Positions 29,041 to 39,501 of a DNA stretch of 64,000 nucleotides are shown here, piece by piece (position 1 is the first letter of the stretch; the number at the start of each line of letters is the position of its first letter). The position numbers and the translations under genes are program-made. The stretch is taken from contig JAHDKT010000026.1 of assembly GCA_018436725.1 (NCBI GenBank), positions 1 through 64,000 of the forward strand, given 5' to 3'. Below the pieces are notes generated by a model, which did no database searches, was not told where the DNA came from, and saw only the letters and a program-made list of their open reading frames with translations. Source of the stretch: Synergistaceae bacterium (GTDB taxonomy: Bacteria; Synergistota; Synergistia; Synergistales; Aminobacteriaceae).

Positions 29041-30132
29041 ATGCTCAAGAATCGGTTGAAGGAGCTGCTGAAGGAGCTGACGTCGATTCACGGCGTCTCG
29101 GGACGCGAGCAGAAGATCGTCGCCGCGCTCGCGGAGAAGCTGGGGCCGCTCGCGGACGAGATGACGGTGGACAACTGGGGCAATATCGTCGCCGTGCGGA
29201 ACGGCGGACAGCCGGGACCGAAGGTGATGGTGGCGGCGCACGCCGACGAAATCGGCCTGTGCGTCAAGAACATCCTGCCGAACGGCTTCATCCTGATGAG
29301 CCGCATCGGCGTCGTCAGCGACCTGCTGCTCCAGGGGCGGCGCGTGCGCGTCAACGGAACCGTCCCCGGAATCCTCGGCATCAAGGCGGGACATCTGATG
29401 AGCCCGGAAGAGCGTACCAAGGTGAAGCCGATGAACGAGTGCTACATCGACGTCGGCGCGTTTTCTAAGGAAGAGGTCCTCTCCATGGGGATCCGCGTAG
29501 GCGACCGCATCTCCTTCGAAGGGGACTTCATGGAGATGCACAACCCCGATCTTGTCTGTTCCAAGGCGGTCGACGACCGCATCGGCTGCTCCATCATCGT
29601 CGCCCTCTTCGAGGAGCTGCGGGGGCAGAGCTTCCCCGGTACGCTCTGCGGCGTGATCACGGTCCAGGAGGAGATCGGCCTCAGAGGGGCCGCCATGATC
29701 AGCGGGAAGGTCGCGCCGGACTACGCCATCGCCCTCGACACGATTCCGAGCGGCGATACCCCCGACGTGAGCTACGATCGACAGCTCCCGGTGCGCCTCG
29801 CCGGCGGACCGGCCGTCGCGCTTCTCGACGGTTACGATTCGGCGTTCATCTCCAACGTGGTGCACCCCAAGGTGCAGCGAATCCTGGAGGAGGCCGCCGC
29901 GCGGGCGGGCACGCCGCTGCAGATGGTGACGCTGGGCGGCGAGGTCTACACCACCGACGCGGCCAACATCTCGCTCGAGGGGAACGGGATTCCCGTGGGC
30001 CTGCTGCTGACGCCCCGCAGGTACTCCCACTCTCCGGTGGAGCTGCTGCATATGAACGACCCGGTCTGCGTGGTCAACGTACTCAAAGAGGTCGTCCTGA
30101 AGAACGGATCGGTCTCCCTGAGCTTCATTTAG
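29041..30132 (+). CDS. M42-family aminopeptidase (FrvX/glutamyl aminopeptidase-like)
   Basis: About 363 aa. HADEIG, DDRIGC and EEIGLRGA motifs typical of M42. Confidence 0.85.
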   Translation: MLKNRLKELLKELTSIHGVSGREQKIVAALAEKLGPLADEMTVDNWGNIVAVRNGGQPGPKVMVAAHADEIGLCVKNILPNGFILMSRIGVVSDLLLQGRRVRVNGTVPGILGIKAGHLMSPEERTKVKPMNECYIDVGAFSKEEVLSMGIRVGDRISFEGDFMEMHNPDLVCSKAVDDRIGCSIIVALFEELRGQSFPGTLCGVITVQEEIGLRGAAMISGKVAPDYAIALDTIPSGDTPDVSYDRQLPVRLAGGPAVALLDGYDSAFISNVVHPKVQRILEEAAARAGTPLQMVTLGGEVYTTDAANISLEGNGIPVGLLLTPRRYSHSPVELLHMNDPVCVVNVLKEVVLKNGSVSLSFI

Positions 30133-30186
30133 CCTGTTCCACGGGACGACAGACATCCCGTTCTCTATAATCGAGGAGGTGGGGCA

Positions 30187-31428
30187 ATGGCGCTTGAGAT
30201 CAACGCTCGTCGCCTGATGAGCCATCTTGAGGAACTGAGCAGCTTCAACCGCACCCCCGGCGAGGGGGTCACCCGTTTTTCGTACTCCGCGGAGGACGGG
30301 GAGGCGAGGAAGTATCTGCTGTCGCTCTTCAACGCAGCGGGGCTCGGCGTTTCGGTGGACGGGGTCGGCAACATCCGGGCCCGTCTGGAGGGCTCCCGCC
30401 CGGACGCTCCGGTCGTCCTTTCGGGTTCGCATATCGACACGGTGCTTCACGGCGGAGAATACGACGGCGCGGTGGGAACGCTCGGCGCGCTGGAGGCTGT
30501 GCAGACCGTGGCGGAGAGCGGCGCGCCGCACAGTCACCCCATAGAAGTGATCGTCTTCGCGGAGGAGGAGGGTTCCAACTTCGGCTCCACGCTGTCGGGG
30601 AGCAAGGCCCTCGTCGGGAAGTACGGCGTCGACGAGATGAAGAAGCTGAAGAATCCCGAAGGAAAGACGATGTACGACATGGCTCGGGACGCGGGGTACG
30701 ACCCCGACTCGATGCCGTCGCATCTACTCCGCCCCGAACTCGTGAAGGCCATGATCGAGCTGCATATCGAGCAGAGCGTGGTGCTGGAATCGAAGGGAAT
30801 TCCCGTGGGCATCGTCCAAGCCGTCGCGGGGATCAAGGCGCTCGAGATCCGACTGAAGGGAGTTTCAAACCATGCGGGTGCGACCCCGATGAATCTCCGG
30901 CAGGACCCCATGGTGGCGGCGGCGCATCTGATCGCGCAGGTCGAAACGCTGGCGAAAGGTACCGGGACGGGCTCGACAGTGGCTACCGTCGGCAGAATCC
31001 AGTGCTTCCCCAACGTCTCGAACATCATTCCGGGCGAGGTCCGCTTCTCCATCGACATCCGCGATACGGTCCGGTCGGGTATCGAATCGGTCGTGGACGG
31101 AATGGCGGTGCTCGCGCCGGCGACCGCCGTCTCCAGAGGGCTCGCGCTGGAAATCGTCCCCGTCTCGGAGTCGGCTCCGGTGGCGCTGGACTCCGGCGTG
31201 CTCTCGGTCATCGAGGCGTGCGCGAAAAAACAGGGGACGCCGTATCACAGGATGAACAGCGGCGCGGTACACGACGCATGTATGTTCGCTCCCCTCGTTC
31301 CCACGGGAATGATATTCGTCCCCAGCAGAGGGGGCAGAAGCCATGTTCCGGAGGAGCACACGGCCCCGGAAGAAATTGCGAAGGGCGCGGCGCTCCTTGC
31401 CGAAACGCTGCTCGAACTTGCACGATGA
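30187..31428 (+). CDS. Zn-dependent M20-family hydrolase of the allantoate amidohydrolase / N-carbamoyl-L-amino-acid hydrolase family
   Basis: 413 aa. SHIDTV, EEEGSNFG and HAGATPM motifs typical of AllC/AmaB-type amidohydrolases. Confidence 0.75.
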   Translation: MALEINARRLMSHLEELSSFNRTPGEGVTRFSYSAEDGEARKYLLSLFNAAGLGVSVDGVGNIRARLEGSRPDAPVVLSGSHIDTVLHGGEYDGAVGTLGALEAVQTVAESGAPHSHPIEVIVFAEEEGSNFGSTLSGSKALVGKYGVDEMKKLKNPEGKTMYDMARDAGYDPDSMPSHLLRPELVKAMIELHIEQSVVLESKGIPVGIVQAVAGIKALEIRLKGVSNHAGATPMNLRQDPMVAAAHLIAQVETLAKGTGTGSTVATVGRIQCFPNVSNIIPGEVRFSIDIRDTVRSGIESVVDGMAVLAPATAVSRGLALEIVPVSESAPVALDSGVLSVIEACAKKQGTPYHRMNSGAVHDACMFAPLVPTGMIFVPSRGGRSHVPEEHTAPEEIAKGAALLAETLLELAR

Positions 31429-31533
31429 AAGGCGGTGATGGATGGCCGATACACGGTGCGACGAGAGAATCGACGATCGCTGTAGAGACTCCACGAGTGA
31501 ACGGCGCAAGCGCTTCGGAGAAGACGGAGCGGC

Positions 31534-32274
31534 ATGTCGTTCTGCGAAAGAGACAACGGAGAGGAAAGAGAGGTGTCTGTCTTGGATGAAGTGTTGAAGG
31601 TAGCAAACTCCATGGGGGCATGGATCACGGCCGCCCCCATAGTCATCATCGCTCTTGTGCAGGTGCTCCTGTACTACCGTCAGATCTACCACGCGGCGGA
31701 CGCGGTCAACCTGAAGCCCGAACAGCTCCGCAAAGCGTTCCACACCGGCATGGTCACGTCCATCGGGCCCGTGGTGGCTATTTTCATCATCATGGTCGGA
31801 CTGATGTCCGTCATAGGCGCGCCCATGGCGTGGATGCGCCTGTCGGTCATCGGCGCGGCGCCCACGGAGTTGACCGCGGCCACGCTCGGCGCGGACGCTA
31901 TGGGAGTGAAGTTCGGCGGGGAAGGGTACAACCTTCAGGTCATGGCCGTCTCCTGGTGGACGATGGCGATCAACGGCGTGGGCTGGCTGCTCCTCGTCGG
32001 CCTCTTCGCCCACAAGCTGGAGGACGTGCGCGAGAAGGTCGGCGGCGGCGATACGAAGTGGCTGGGCATTCTCTCGGTCGCGGCCATGATCGGCGTCTTC
32101 GGCTACCTGAACAGCAGGAATCTCACCAAAATCAGCGGCCCGTTCGTCGCGGCGGTCGTCGGCGCCCTCTCCATGGTCGTCCTGCTCCAGGTCGCGAAGA
32201 AGATGCCCAAGATCAAGGAGTACACTCTCGGCATAGCCATGCTCGTCGGCATGTTCGCCGCGATGTTCTACTAG
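31534..32274 (+). CDS. integral membrane protein (unknown; first of a pair)
   Basis: Hydrophobic multi-helix protein. Exact start uncertain (ATG 31534 or downstream TTG/ATG). Confidence 0.45.
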   Translation: MSFCERDNGEEREVSVLDEVLKVANSMGAWITAAPIVIIALVQVLLYYRQIYHAADAVNLKPEQLRKAFHTGMVTSIGPVVAIFIIMVGLMSVIGAPMAWMRLSVIGAAPTELTAATLGADAMGVKFGGEGYNLQVMAVSWWTMAINGVGWLLLVGLFAHKLEDVREKVGGGDTKWLGILSVAAMIGVFGYLNSRNLTKISGPFVAAVVGALSMVVLLQVAKKMPKIKEYTLGIAMLVGMFAAMFY

Positions 32275-32284
32275 AGAAGGAGAG

Positions 32285-32971
32285 GTGACTGAAATGGCAG
32301 CAGAGCAGATCAACGAACAGAAGTACCACGAAGTATGGACGACGCCGGTGATCAAGATCGGCGTGATCACCATGCTCCTGGCCTCGGGCCTGAGCTTCAT
32401 TCCCCTGATCTACCTGTACATGGTCCACGGCGTCCTTCCCCCCTTCGCGCAGGCGATGACGGCATGGGTGCTGGTCGCGTCGGTCTTCGGCGCTTTCTAC
32501 GTCGTCGAGCCGATATCCTACTACCCCATCCTGGGGTTGGCGGGGACATACATCTCCTTCCTCAGCGGCAACATCTCGAACCTCCGGCTCCCCTGTTCCG
32601 CCATGGCGCAGGAGGTCGTGGGCGTCGAAGAGGGAACCAAGCAGGCCGAGATCATCGGCACCATGGGCATCATCGGCTCGGTGGTGGTGAACCTCGTGGG
32701 CGTCACCCTCGCGGCGTTCGTCGGCACGTGGCTCATCGGCCTCTTCCCGCAGTTCGTGGCCGACGCCTTCAGACAGTACACCGCTCCGGCGATCTTCGGC
32801 GCGGTCTTCGGCCAGTTCGCCATGCGGCAGCCGAAACTGGCTCCGTTCGCCCTCGCCATTCCGATGACGCTGCTCTACTTCAAGATGCCCATCTGGCTCG
32901 TCATCCTTGCGGCGGTCTTCGGAACCATCGCGATCTCCAGAATTTTCTACAAAATGAAGATCATCCACTAA
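32285..32971 (+). CDS. integral membrane protein (unknown; second of a pair)
   Basis: 228 aa, multi-pass. Separated from the preceding gene by 10 nt. Probably a two-subunit transporter associated with the amidohydrolase cluster. Confidence 0.45.
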   Translation: MTEMAAEQINEQKYHEVWTTPVIKIGVITMLLASGLSFIPLIYLYMVHGVLPPFAQAMTAWVLVASVFGAFYVVEPISYYPILGLAGTYISFLSGNISNLRLPCSAMAQEVVGVEEGTKQAEIIGTMGIIGSVVVNLVGVTLAAFVGTWLIGLFPQFVADAFRQYTAPAIFGAVFGQFAMRQPKLAPFALAIPMTLLYFKMPIWLVILAAVFGTIAISRIFYKMKIIH

Positions 32972-33221
32972 AGCGCAGGGGAAGCTTCACGACACGCACG
33001 CACCGGGGAACACGCGTCGAGGCGAGCACATGCTCTCCTCGACGCGTGTTTTCGGCGGTTCCATCGCTCCATTGATATCAGGTAGACTTATCGTCCCTCT
33101 TCGCCTTGTCCCGGACGGTAAGCAAGAGGAGAGAGGAAGAGTTTTGCCGTTATGCAGAACTGTGCATAACGGCGATTCCTTTGTCCGTATCGGCCGGCAC
33201 GGACTGCCCCTTTTCAAGACT

Positions 33222-33251
33222 GATCAAAACGCGGCGCGTTGCGCGCCGCGT
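33222..33251 (-). terminator. terminator downstream of the MCP gene
   Basis: gcggcgcg-ttg-cgcgccgc hairpin followed by gttttgat on the minus strand. Confidence 0.4.
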
Positions 33252-33287
33252 TCGCCGTCGTCATCCTCGCGCTCTCTCAGCGCTTCT

Positions 33288-35294
33288 TCAACGCCGGACC
33301 TTGCTCTCCTGCGTCACTTTGAAGCGCGCGACCGCCTGCTGCAACATTTCGCCCAGGTTCACAAGTTCTTCCGAAGCCGCCGCGATCGCCTCCACTACCT
33401 TGCTCTGCTCCTGCATCGAACGGTTCACTCCGCCGACCTGCTCCGCGATCTCGACGCTCGACTTCGACACGCCGTCCATGCCCGCCGTCATCTCCTCCGC
33501 GCTCGCCGATTGCTCCTCCACCGTCGCCGCTATGGTCTGGATGTTCTCCGTCACGTTGTTCATCCGCTTCACAACGTCGCGTATGACTCCGCTCGTCTCG
33601 GAGGCCTTCTTTACGAGTTCCTGGAGGATCTTCGACGACCCCTCGGAGTCCTTCAGCGCGCTCTCCGTCCGCGAGATGATCTCCCCTATCAGCTTCCCGA
33701 CCTCGCCCGCCGCCCGGTTCGACTCCTCCGCCAGCTTGCGGACCTCTTCGGCGACGACTGCGAATCCGCGCCCGGCCTCCCCTGCGCGCGCGGCCTCGAT
33801 CGCCGCGTTCAACGCCAGCAGGTTCGTCTGGTCGGCGATCTGCGTAATAGTAACCACGAATCCGGAAATGTTCTTCACCGTCCCGGAAAGATTCGCCACC
33901 GCGCTTCCGACCTGCTCGCCCGCCTTCGCCGTCTTCGTGATCATGACGGCCATCTCCTCGACCGAGTCGCCGCCCTTCTGCGCGGCCTCGGAAACCGCAA
34001 CGGCGCCTTCGCCCGCCTCGGACGCCGCCTGCGCCGCCGCCTGCGCGCCGGAGGCGACTTCCTCGACGCCCGCGTTCGTCTCCTCGACCGCCGCGGCCGC
34101 GTTCTCGGTCTGCGCGCTCGTCTTCTCCGTGATCGCCAGCACTTCCTCTATAGCGGCCGTCGACTCCTCGGCGGCTGCGCTCAGATCCTCCGCCTTGGCC
34201 AGCACGTGCTGCGCCGTCTCAAGAATCTCGCGGATGGAGCCGGAGACGAGCGTGATCATCGAATTGACAGACCCCACCAGGAGGTTGATCTCTTTCATGC
34301 CGCTTTTCAGTTCGACAGTCGAGGTCAGGTCGCCTTTTGAGACTGCGTCCATCTTCTCGGCGATGATCTTGACCGGCTTGGCGATGCTTTTCGCCACCCA
34401 GAGCGAAATCAGCACCACGACGAGCGCGATCACCGCCACGGAGATCCAGATGGCATTCCGGATAGCCCGCACCGGCGCAAGAAACTCCTGAATCGGCGTG
34501 GTGACGGCGGCGAGCCACCCCGTGCCGTGGACGGGCGCGTACGCGTTCATCTGGTCTCTACCGTTGAAGAAATACTCAATCCTTCCGGCTCTGCCCGCAA
34601 GACCGTCGCGCATGGCGTTCGCCAGCTCCGAGGCGACTCGCTCGCTCTCGACCGTCAGGCTGAGCTTGCCCAGCAGATCGACCACCGGATGAGCGACGAG
34701 CACGCCGGACTTGTCGATGAGATAGGCGTACCCGCTCCGCCCCCAGACGAGAGAGGATATCTCCTTGGAGATCGTCTCCAAGGACTCCGACGCCACAAGC
34801 ACCCCGACCACTTTCCCGTCGACGACGATGGGAGAAGCGTAGAAAACCGTCATCGCTCCCGTAAGCCTGTGAACGACCGGTTCAGAGATTACCGACCTTT
34901 TCTCCTTGACCGCACGGATGAAGTATTCTCTGTCTTTGATATTTATTTCCTGAGGGCCGAGTCGAACATCGTTGATGGCGCCGTCAAGGGTTGCGACGAA
35001 AATATTCCCAAAATTATACTGATCGTACAGCGGAAGGAGAGACGGCTGCTGTTCCGCCCAGTTCATCGACCGAACGACATGTCGCTCCGCCTGCGTCGTT
35101 AAAATAATAGACCGCTCGCGAAGATAGGCGTCCACCTTCTCGGAAAGGCCCAAGGCGAGCGCGTCACCCTCCTTCCATGCCGCATCGATGATCGCCGTCT
35201 GCGATCTGTTCATGGCGATCAGGCCGACGACGGCCACCGCCGAAAGCGAAACGACAAGAAATATCCCGATGAGTCTACCACGAAGCGTATTCAT
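33288..35294 (-). CDS. methyl-accepting chemotaxis protein with periplasmic dCache-type sensor
   Basis: Start at MNTLRGRL with RBS AAGGAGG. TM, about 270-aa periplasmic domain, TM, HAMP, then Ala/Glu-rich MCP signalling domain with the highly conserved hairpin region. Confidence 0.9.
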   Translation of the reverse strand: MNTLRGRLIGIFLVVSLSAVAVVGLIAMNRSQTAIIDAAWKEGDALALGLSEKVDAYLRERSIILTTQAERHVVRSMNWAEQQPSLLPLYDQYNFGNIFVATLDGAINDVRLGPQEINIKDREYFIRAVKEKRSVISEPVVHRLTGAMTVFYASPIVVDGKVVGVLVASESLETISKEISSLVWGRSGYAYLIDKSGVLVAHPVVDLLGKLSLTVESERVASELANAMRDGLAGRAGRIEYFFNGRDQMNAYAPVHGTGWLAAVTTPIQEFLAPVRAIRNAIWISVAVIALVVVLISLWVAKSIAKPVKIIAEKMDAVSKGDLTSTVELKSGMKEINLLVGSVNSMITLVSGSIREILETAQHVLAKAEDLSAAAEESTAAIEEVLAITEKTSAQTENAAAAVEETNAGVEEVASGAQAAAQAASEAGEGAVAVSEAAQKGGDSVEEMAVMITKTAKAGEQVGSAVANLSGTVKNISGFVVTITQIADQTNLLALNAAIEAARAGEAGRGFAVVAEEVRKLAEESNRAAGEVGKLIGEIISRTESALKDSEGSSKILQELVKKASETSGVIRDVVKRMNNVTENIQTIAATVEEQSASAEEMTAGMDGVSKSSVEIAEQVGGVNRSMQEQSKVVEAIAAASEELVNLGEMLQQAVARFKVTQESKVRR

Positions 35295-35955
35295 ATCGTA
35301 CCCCTCCTTTTCGGAATCAGGCTTGTGAAAGAGCGTTCCCGTCACGCCGTTCTTCTTTGCGCAGACTCCGCTGAGTTTCGAGTCCACATCCCCTTCTCTC
35401 CTAGACGATTCTCATCGTTTCCGCCTTTCAGCGATCCTAACCGAGAACGGATCGCCTATAACGACAAACCCGACGTCCTTTCGACGTTGAGCGGGGCGGC
35501 GATATTCTATTCATAGCGAGTCCAAAGGATCATCGGAGCATTAGTATGCGCTCTAAGGGAGGAAGAAACATCGAAAAGACCTACAGTTCTTCAACTGGAA
35601 AACTTTACAGTTGACAATTCAGCAACTTTCCTTGAAAATCCGAATGCGACAATGGCGCAGTTCCGCAGGATATGGATCGGGCGCCGCTCTCGCTCGCGAA
35701 CCCGCTTCCCGAGAAAATCCCGATCGTCTTTCGGCGAAAGGAGCGGAGATAGTCGGATTGCGGACCTCCTTAGGGCCGGGAGTAAGCAGATCGCCCGTAG
35801 TGAAGGCGTCGCCGGGATTCAAGAAAGGATTCGCTTACGTCAAGGAAGCACTCGCAGATTCAGGGGCAAACTGCGAGGCCGCGTTTTTCGCCGGAGGAAC
35901 GACCTCTCCTCTTTCTTGATCGGCGTCGTAAGGGCAATGCGAACAAATCCTGGCA

Positions 35956-36468
35956 TCAAAAGACACAGTTCGCCTCTTTCAGCCTGGATAGCAGTCGTGC
36001 GGCGAGCAGACCGACCGCAAGACCGGTTGCTGCGCCCGCGGCAAGCAGCACGGGAAGGTAGACGAGAAGGGGGCGGATATCCCCCACCAGAAGGGCAACG
36101 ACCGAAAACTGCCCGATATTGAACGCGAACGCTCCTCCGGCGCTCACCCCGGCTATCGAAAATGCGTCGATACACCGGAGCGTCGCCATGCTTCCGACGG
36201 CGATCAGCCCGCCTCCCAGGCTACATAGAAAGGCGAAGACGTTTCCCGTGAAGAGAAGCGTCAGGAGCACTCTGCAAAGAACGACAAGAAGAGCGGCCCT
36301 CGCCCCTAAAAGGTAGAGGGCCGTGACTACGAAAATGTTCGCGAAGCCGAGCCTGACACCCGGAAGCGGCAGCGACGGGAGCAGATTCTCAAGCATTCCG
36401 GTCGCGAAGGCGAGCGCCGTCAGCAAACCGACGATCCCCGCGCGACCACCCCTAATCGGAGGGCGCAT
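35956..36468 (-). CDS. Gx transporter family membrane protein (heptaprenyl-diphosphate-synthase component-I-like)
   Basis: 170 aa, five TM segments, glycine-rich. Overlaps the upstream NusG-II gene. This pairing is typical. Confidence 0.65.
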   Translation of the reverse strand: MRPPIRGGRAGIVGLLTALAFATGMLENLLPSLPLPGVRLGFANIFVVTALYLLGARAALLVVLCRVLLTLLFTGNVFAFLCSLGGGLIAVGSMATLRCIDAFSIAGVSAGGAFAFNIGQFSVVALLVGDIRPLLVYLPVLLAAGAATGLAVGLLAARLLSRLKEANCVF

Positions 36469-36862
36469 CGAACTCCGTCTCCCCGCTTCCGATGACCTTC
36501 AGGACGAGCCTGTTCGGAAGACAGACTGTCGCCTCCCCAGGATGCTTGATCCAGCCCGTCCGCACGCAGCGGCCGTCGGGGCAGTCGGAACGAAGCATCC
36601 GGATTCGTCCGCCTTCGCTACGGATGACGACATCCCCCCCGGCGCTGCCGGTCAGCGAGTATTCGGACGGAGTTCCTCCCTTGGAAAGCGGGAAAGTATG
36701 CACCACCTCGCCGCCAACCGTCAGAATCGCCGAACGCTCTCCATTTCCCGGCGCAAGACTCCTCCATGCGAAGAGCACCAGAGCAAACAGCAGGAGTCCA
36801 CCGACAAGCAGGAGATCTCTTAAATCAATACTTTCCACATCGGAGAGAGATAGCCGGACCAT
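36452..36862 (-). CDS. NusG domain II-containing (DUF1312) membrane-anchored protein
   Basis: N-terminal TM, then a beta-rich domain with a CxxxxC pair (DCPDGRC). Start at 36862 or 36883. Confidence 0.6.
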   Translation of the reverse strand: MVRLSLSDVESIDLRDLLLVGGLLLFALVLFAWRSLAPGNGERSAILTVGGEVVHTFPLSKGGTPSEYSLTGSAGGDVVIRSEGGRIRMLRSDCPDGRCVRTGWIKHPGEATVCLPNRLVLKVIGSGETEFDAPSD

Positions 36863-36921
36863 TGCGTTAACCACCATACCCAACTAAGCATCGGGCGACA
36901 CCCGAAGACCTCATATTCATA

Positions 36922-38307
36922 TCACTTGGTATATATTTCGAGCAATTTATGCCTCTCGCTATTATAGAGCTTTGAAATAAGCTCGCCGAAGAGAAAAGAC
37001 ACGTTTACACCCTGTCCGCCGTTATAACCGAGTGCATAGAAGATGTTTTTATGCCTTCCGGTGATCCCGATCCTTTCGCTCTTGCTCCTGGTTTCGCAAA
37101 TAATACCGTTCCACGTGTTTTCAATACGGATACCTTTGAGCGATGGATAGAGTTCGGAGAGTCGTTTAGCGATCTGGGCCTCGATCGTCCGGAGATCGCC
37201 GGGATACAGGAGACTTTCGTCGTCGTTGTACTCCACGCTGCCGCCGCCGATGACGATGCGACGGTCTTTGGTGATGATCATGTGGAAGGTGGCGTCCGAA
37301 TCCGTACCGGCGTATTGGTCGTCGTACCATGCAATGTGATCTTTCCAACCAAGGCTCCGGTATTGTTCCTCGCTCAACGGCGCGGTAACGGCTACTTGAG
37401 TATGGGCGGGCTCGATGTCATTCGCCAGAAAGTTCAAGGTAGCCGCAGCGTAGGCGTTGGCAGCGATAACAATACTTTTCGCCTTGACCTTGTATCTATT
37501 GCCTTTGGCGACAACCGGAAGCTCGATGATCTTCCCCTCGTTATAACCCCACACAGTACTGTTCTCGTAGATGACAACCCCGGCATCTTCGGCCAGTTTC
37601 TTTAAAGCGGCCACCAGCTTGCCCGCGTTCACCATACCGCCGTTGGGATCGTAGACTGCCCCGAGAAGTCCGGGGGATCCCAGCATACCGATTGCTTTCT
37701 CCCGCTCCCAGAATTCGATAGGCATGCCCATTTCCCGGGCAGCGGCTGCGTATTGCCGAAAATCGGCCAGGTTCTCCCGATCGAAGATACCCAGGCTTTG
37801 GCCGTTGAGTACAAACTCTGGATCTATGCCGGAGGATTCGGCCAGAGCCTTAAAGCGTTTCATGCCGGCGACCGTGATGTCATAGATCTCCTTATGATGA
37901 GCCTTGTTCGCTCCCATCACGAAGCCACCCTCGCTGTAAGTCTGGGCAAGAACAAGACCTCCGTGACGTCCGGAGGCTCCGCTGCCGACTCGCCCGGCCT
38001 CGAAGATCACCACTTCAAGCGCGGGATTGGATTTCTTGATGTGATAGGCAGCGGACAGCCCCGTATAGCCGCCACCGATAACCGCCACATCGACGCTCAG
38101 GTTTTTATCCAAAGCGGGATTGACCCGAGGAAGAAACTGCGCCCAGTAACTTTCGTTTTTATCGAAAATCATCGACTCGTCGAGATCGACGCCCTCCGCG
38201 AAACCTCCTGAAGCCAGCAGGATTAAAAAAAGAAGCGACAAGAACGCCTGCAAGCGATGCTTTCGCAAAATTTCGGACGCCCTAAATAGCATGCCGATAG
38301 TTCGCAT
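36922..38307 (-). CDS. secreted FAD-dependent oxidoreductase (DAO family)
   Basis: Signal peptide, VAVIGGGYTGLSAAYHI dinucleotide-binding motif, about 460 aa. Low-GC patch. The ORF could extend to 38406. Confidence 0.7.
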   Translation of the reverse strand: MRTIGMLFRASEILRKHRLQAFLSLLFLILLASGGFAEGVDLDESMIFDKNESYWAQFLPRVNPALDKNLSVDVAVIGGGYTGLSAAYHIKKSNPALEVVIFEAGRVGSGASGRHGGLVLAQTYSEGGFVMGANKAHHKEIYDITVAGMKRFKALAESSGIDPEFVLNGQSLGIFDRENLADFRQYAAAAREMGMPIEFWEREKAIGMLGSPGLLGAVYDPNGGMVNAGKLVAALKKLAEDAGVVIYENSTVWGYNEGKIIELPVVAKGNRYKVKAKSIVIAANAYAAATLNFLANDIEPAHTQVAVTAPLSEEQYRSLGWKDHIAWYDDQYAGTDSDATFHMIITKDRRIVIGGGSVEYNDDESLLYPGDLRTIEAQIAKRLSELYPSLKGIRIENTWNGIICETRSKSERIGITGRHKNIFYALGYNGGQGVNVSFLFGELISKLYNSERHKLLEIYTK

Positions 38308-38485
38308 TGGAATACCCCCCTTTTTTCCGCATAGCCGAAATCCGACGGCAACCAAGTCTATGTGACGTTTTGAAGCCCTCCTGGATACTTGTTTTTCTAT
38401 CGTCATGCAATAGCAGATCAGACTATCGACACATTATGAAGGCTTTGCATGTTTGCGTCTTTGCGAGTTTCTTATTTAATTTTCA

Positions 38486-39059
38486 TTATTTTGCAATTAT
38501 AGCGTTTTTGGGAAAGAAGTCAAGGTTTATAACATTGATGTAGTTCCGCTTGCTGCCCGCCGCCTCTACGTTCATCGGGCATCGGGCCAGGAGCGAGCTG
38601 AGCAGTTCGTTCCTGGCGGACTGTCGCTGGGAGATGCTTTCGATAGTCGTAGTGCTCGGGATCGTTCCGGGAGAGAAGAGTTCCAGCCTGTCCGCAAAAA
38701 CGTGAAGTCGAATCTTGGAGCCGTAGATCGAGTAGTCCCGGCGAGCGACAGCGTTGGTCACCGCCGCGAAGACTGCGTTCATCGAAAACTGCGGCGTTTC
38801 GATTCTATTGGGAGTTTTTTACGGCGAGCCCCCGCGTGTTTCGTTCGACGAATTTGCAAGCCTCCCTTATTTGAACGTCCAGCGGGCCGACGACGTCCTT
38901 CGCGTCCAGTTGGTACGCGGCGTTCCGCTCGGCGCCGGGATAGCATACGGCTTGAATGAGGGCGCTGGAAAGGTACGATTCCGGCGCGTCCGAAGCCATG
39001 AGAATACCGCTCACCGTCGCTCGAATGCTTTCGTTTTCGTCTTTGGCGATCAGCCTCAT
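38486..39059 (-). pseudogene. frameshifted remnant of an ATP-binding (HATPase_c_4/AlbA_2-type) putative regulator gene
   Basis: Two adjacent ORFs in different frames. The second contains AVTNAVARRDYSIYGSKIRLHVFADRLELFSPG, the hallmark HATPase_c_4 motif (..NAlvHRDY...i.v..f.drieiiSPG). Confidence 0.5.
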
Positions 39060-39501
39060 CTTCCCTAGAAAATCCCGATCCGCCTTCGGTGAAAGCAGCT
39101 ATTCGGGCTTTTTTCATTCTCGTACATCATCGACCTCCGTTGTCGCGTCTTCTCGCGTCTTCTCGCGCCTTCTCGCGTACATTCATTTCGAGCTGTCGTC
39201 GGGACTCCATCCTCAGGCTTATGCCTTGTCGTTGCGTGTCGTTGCGGATGGCGGGGCGGACGTAATCCCGTCCGAACCACAATATGCAGACTCCCGACGC
39301 TAGTCAAACGTTTTTTCGTGCCCCGCCCGGCCTCCCGAGGCGCACACCCACCACCTTTTTCCCGCCTGCGAAATTCGAGTATGGACAAAATTTATAATAT
39401 GCCGTACTATCTTTGCAAAGCATCGGCCGCTAATTGAACATAATATTCTGTCCAATAAGAGCCGTTTTGTGTATATTCTAATATTTTAGGAGGGTGTCGT
39501 T

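Noticed and set aside
35300-35955. 660-nt gap between the MCP and Gx-transporter genes, inspected for an RNA gene or CRISPR repeats.
   Set aside because: No repeat-spacer periodicity. Content is explained as pseudogene debris (see paralogous remnant finding).
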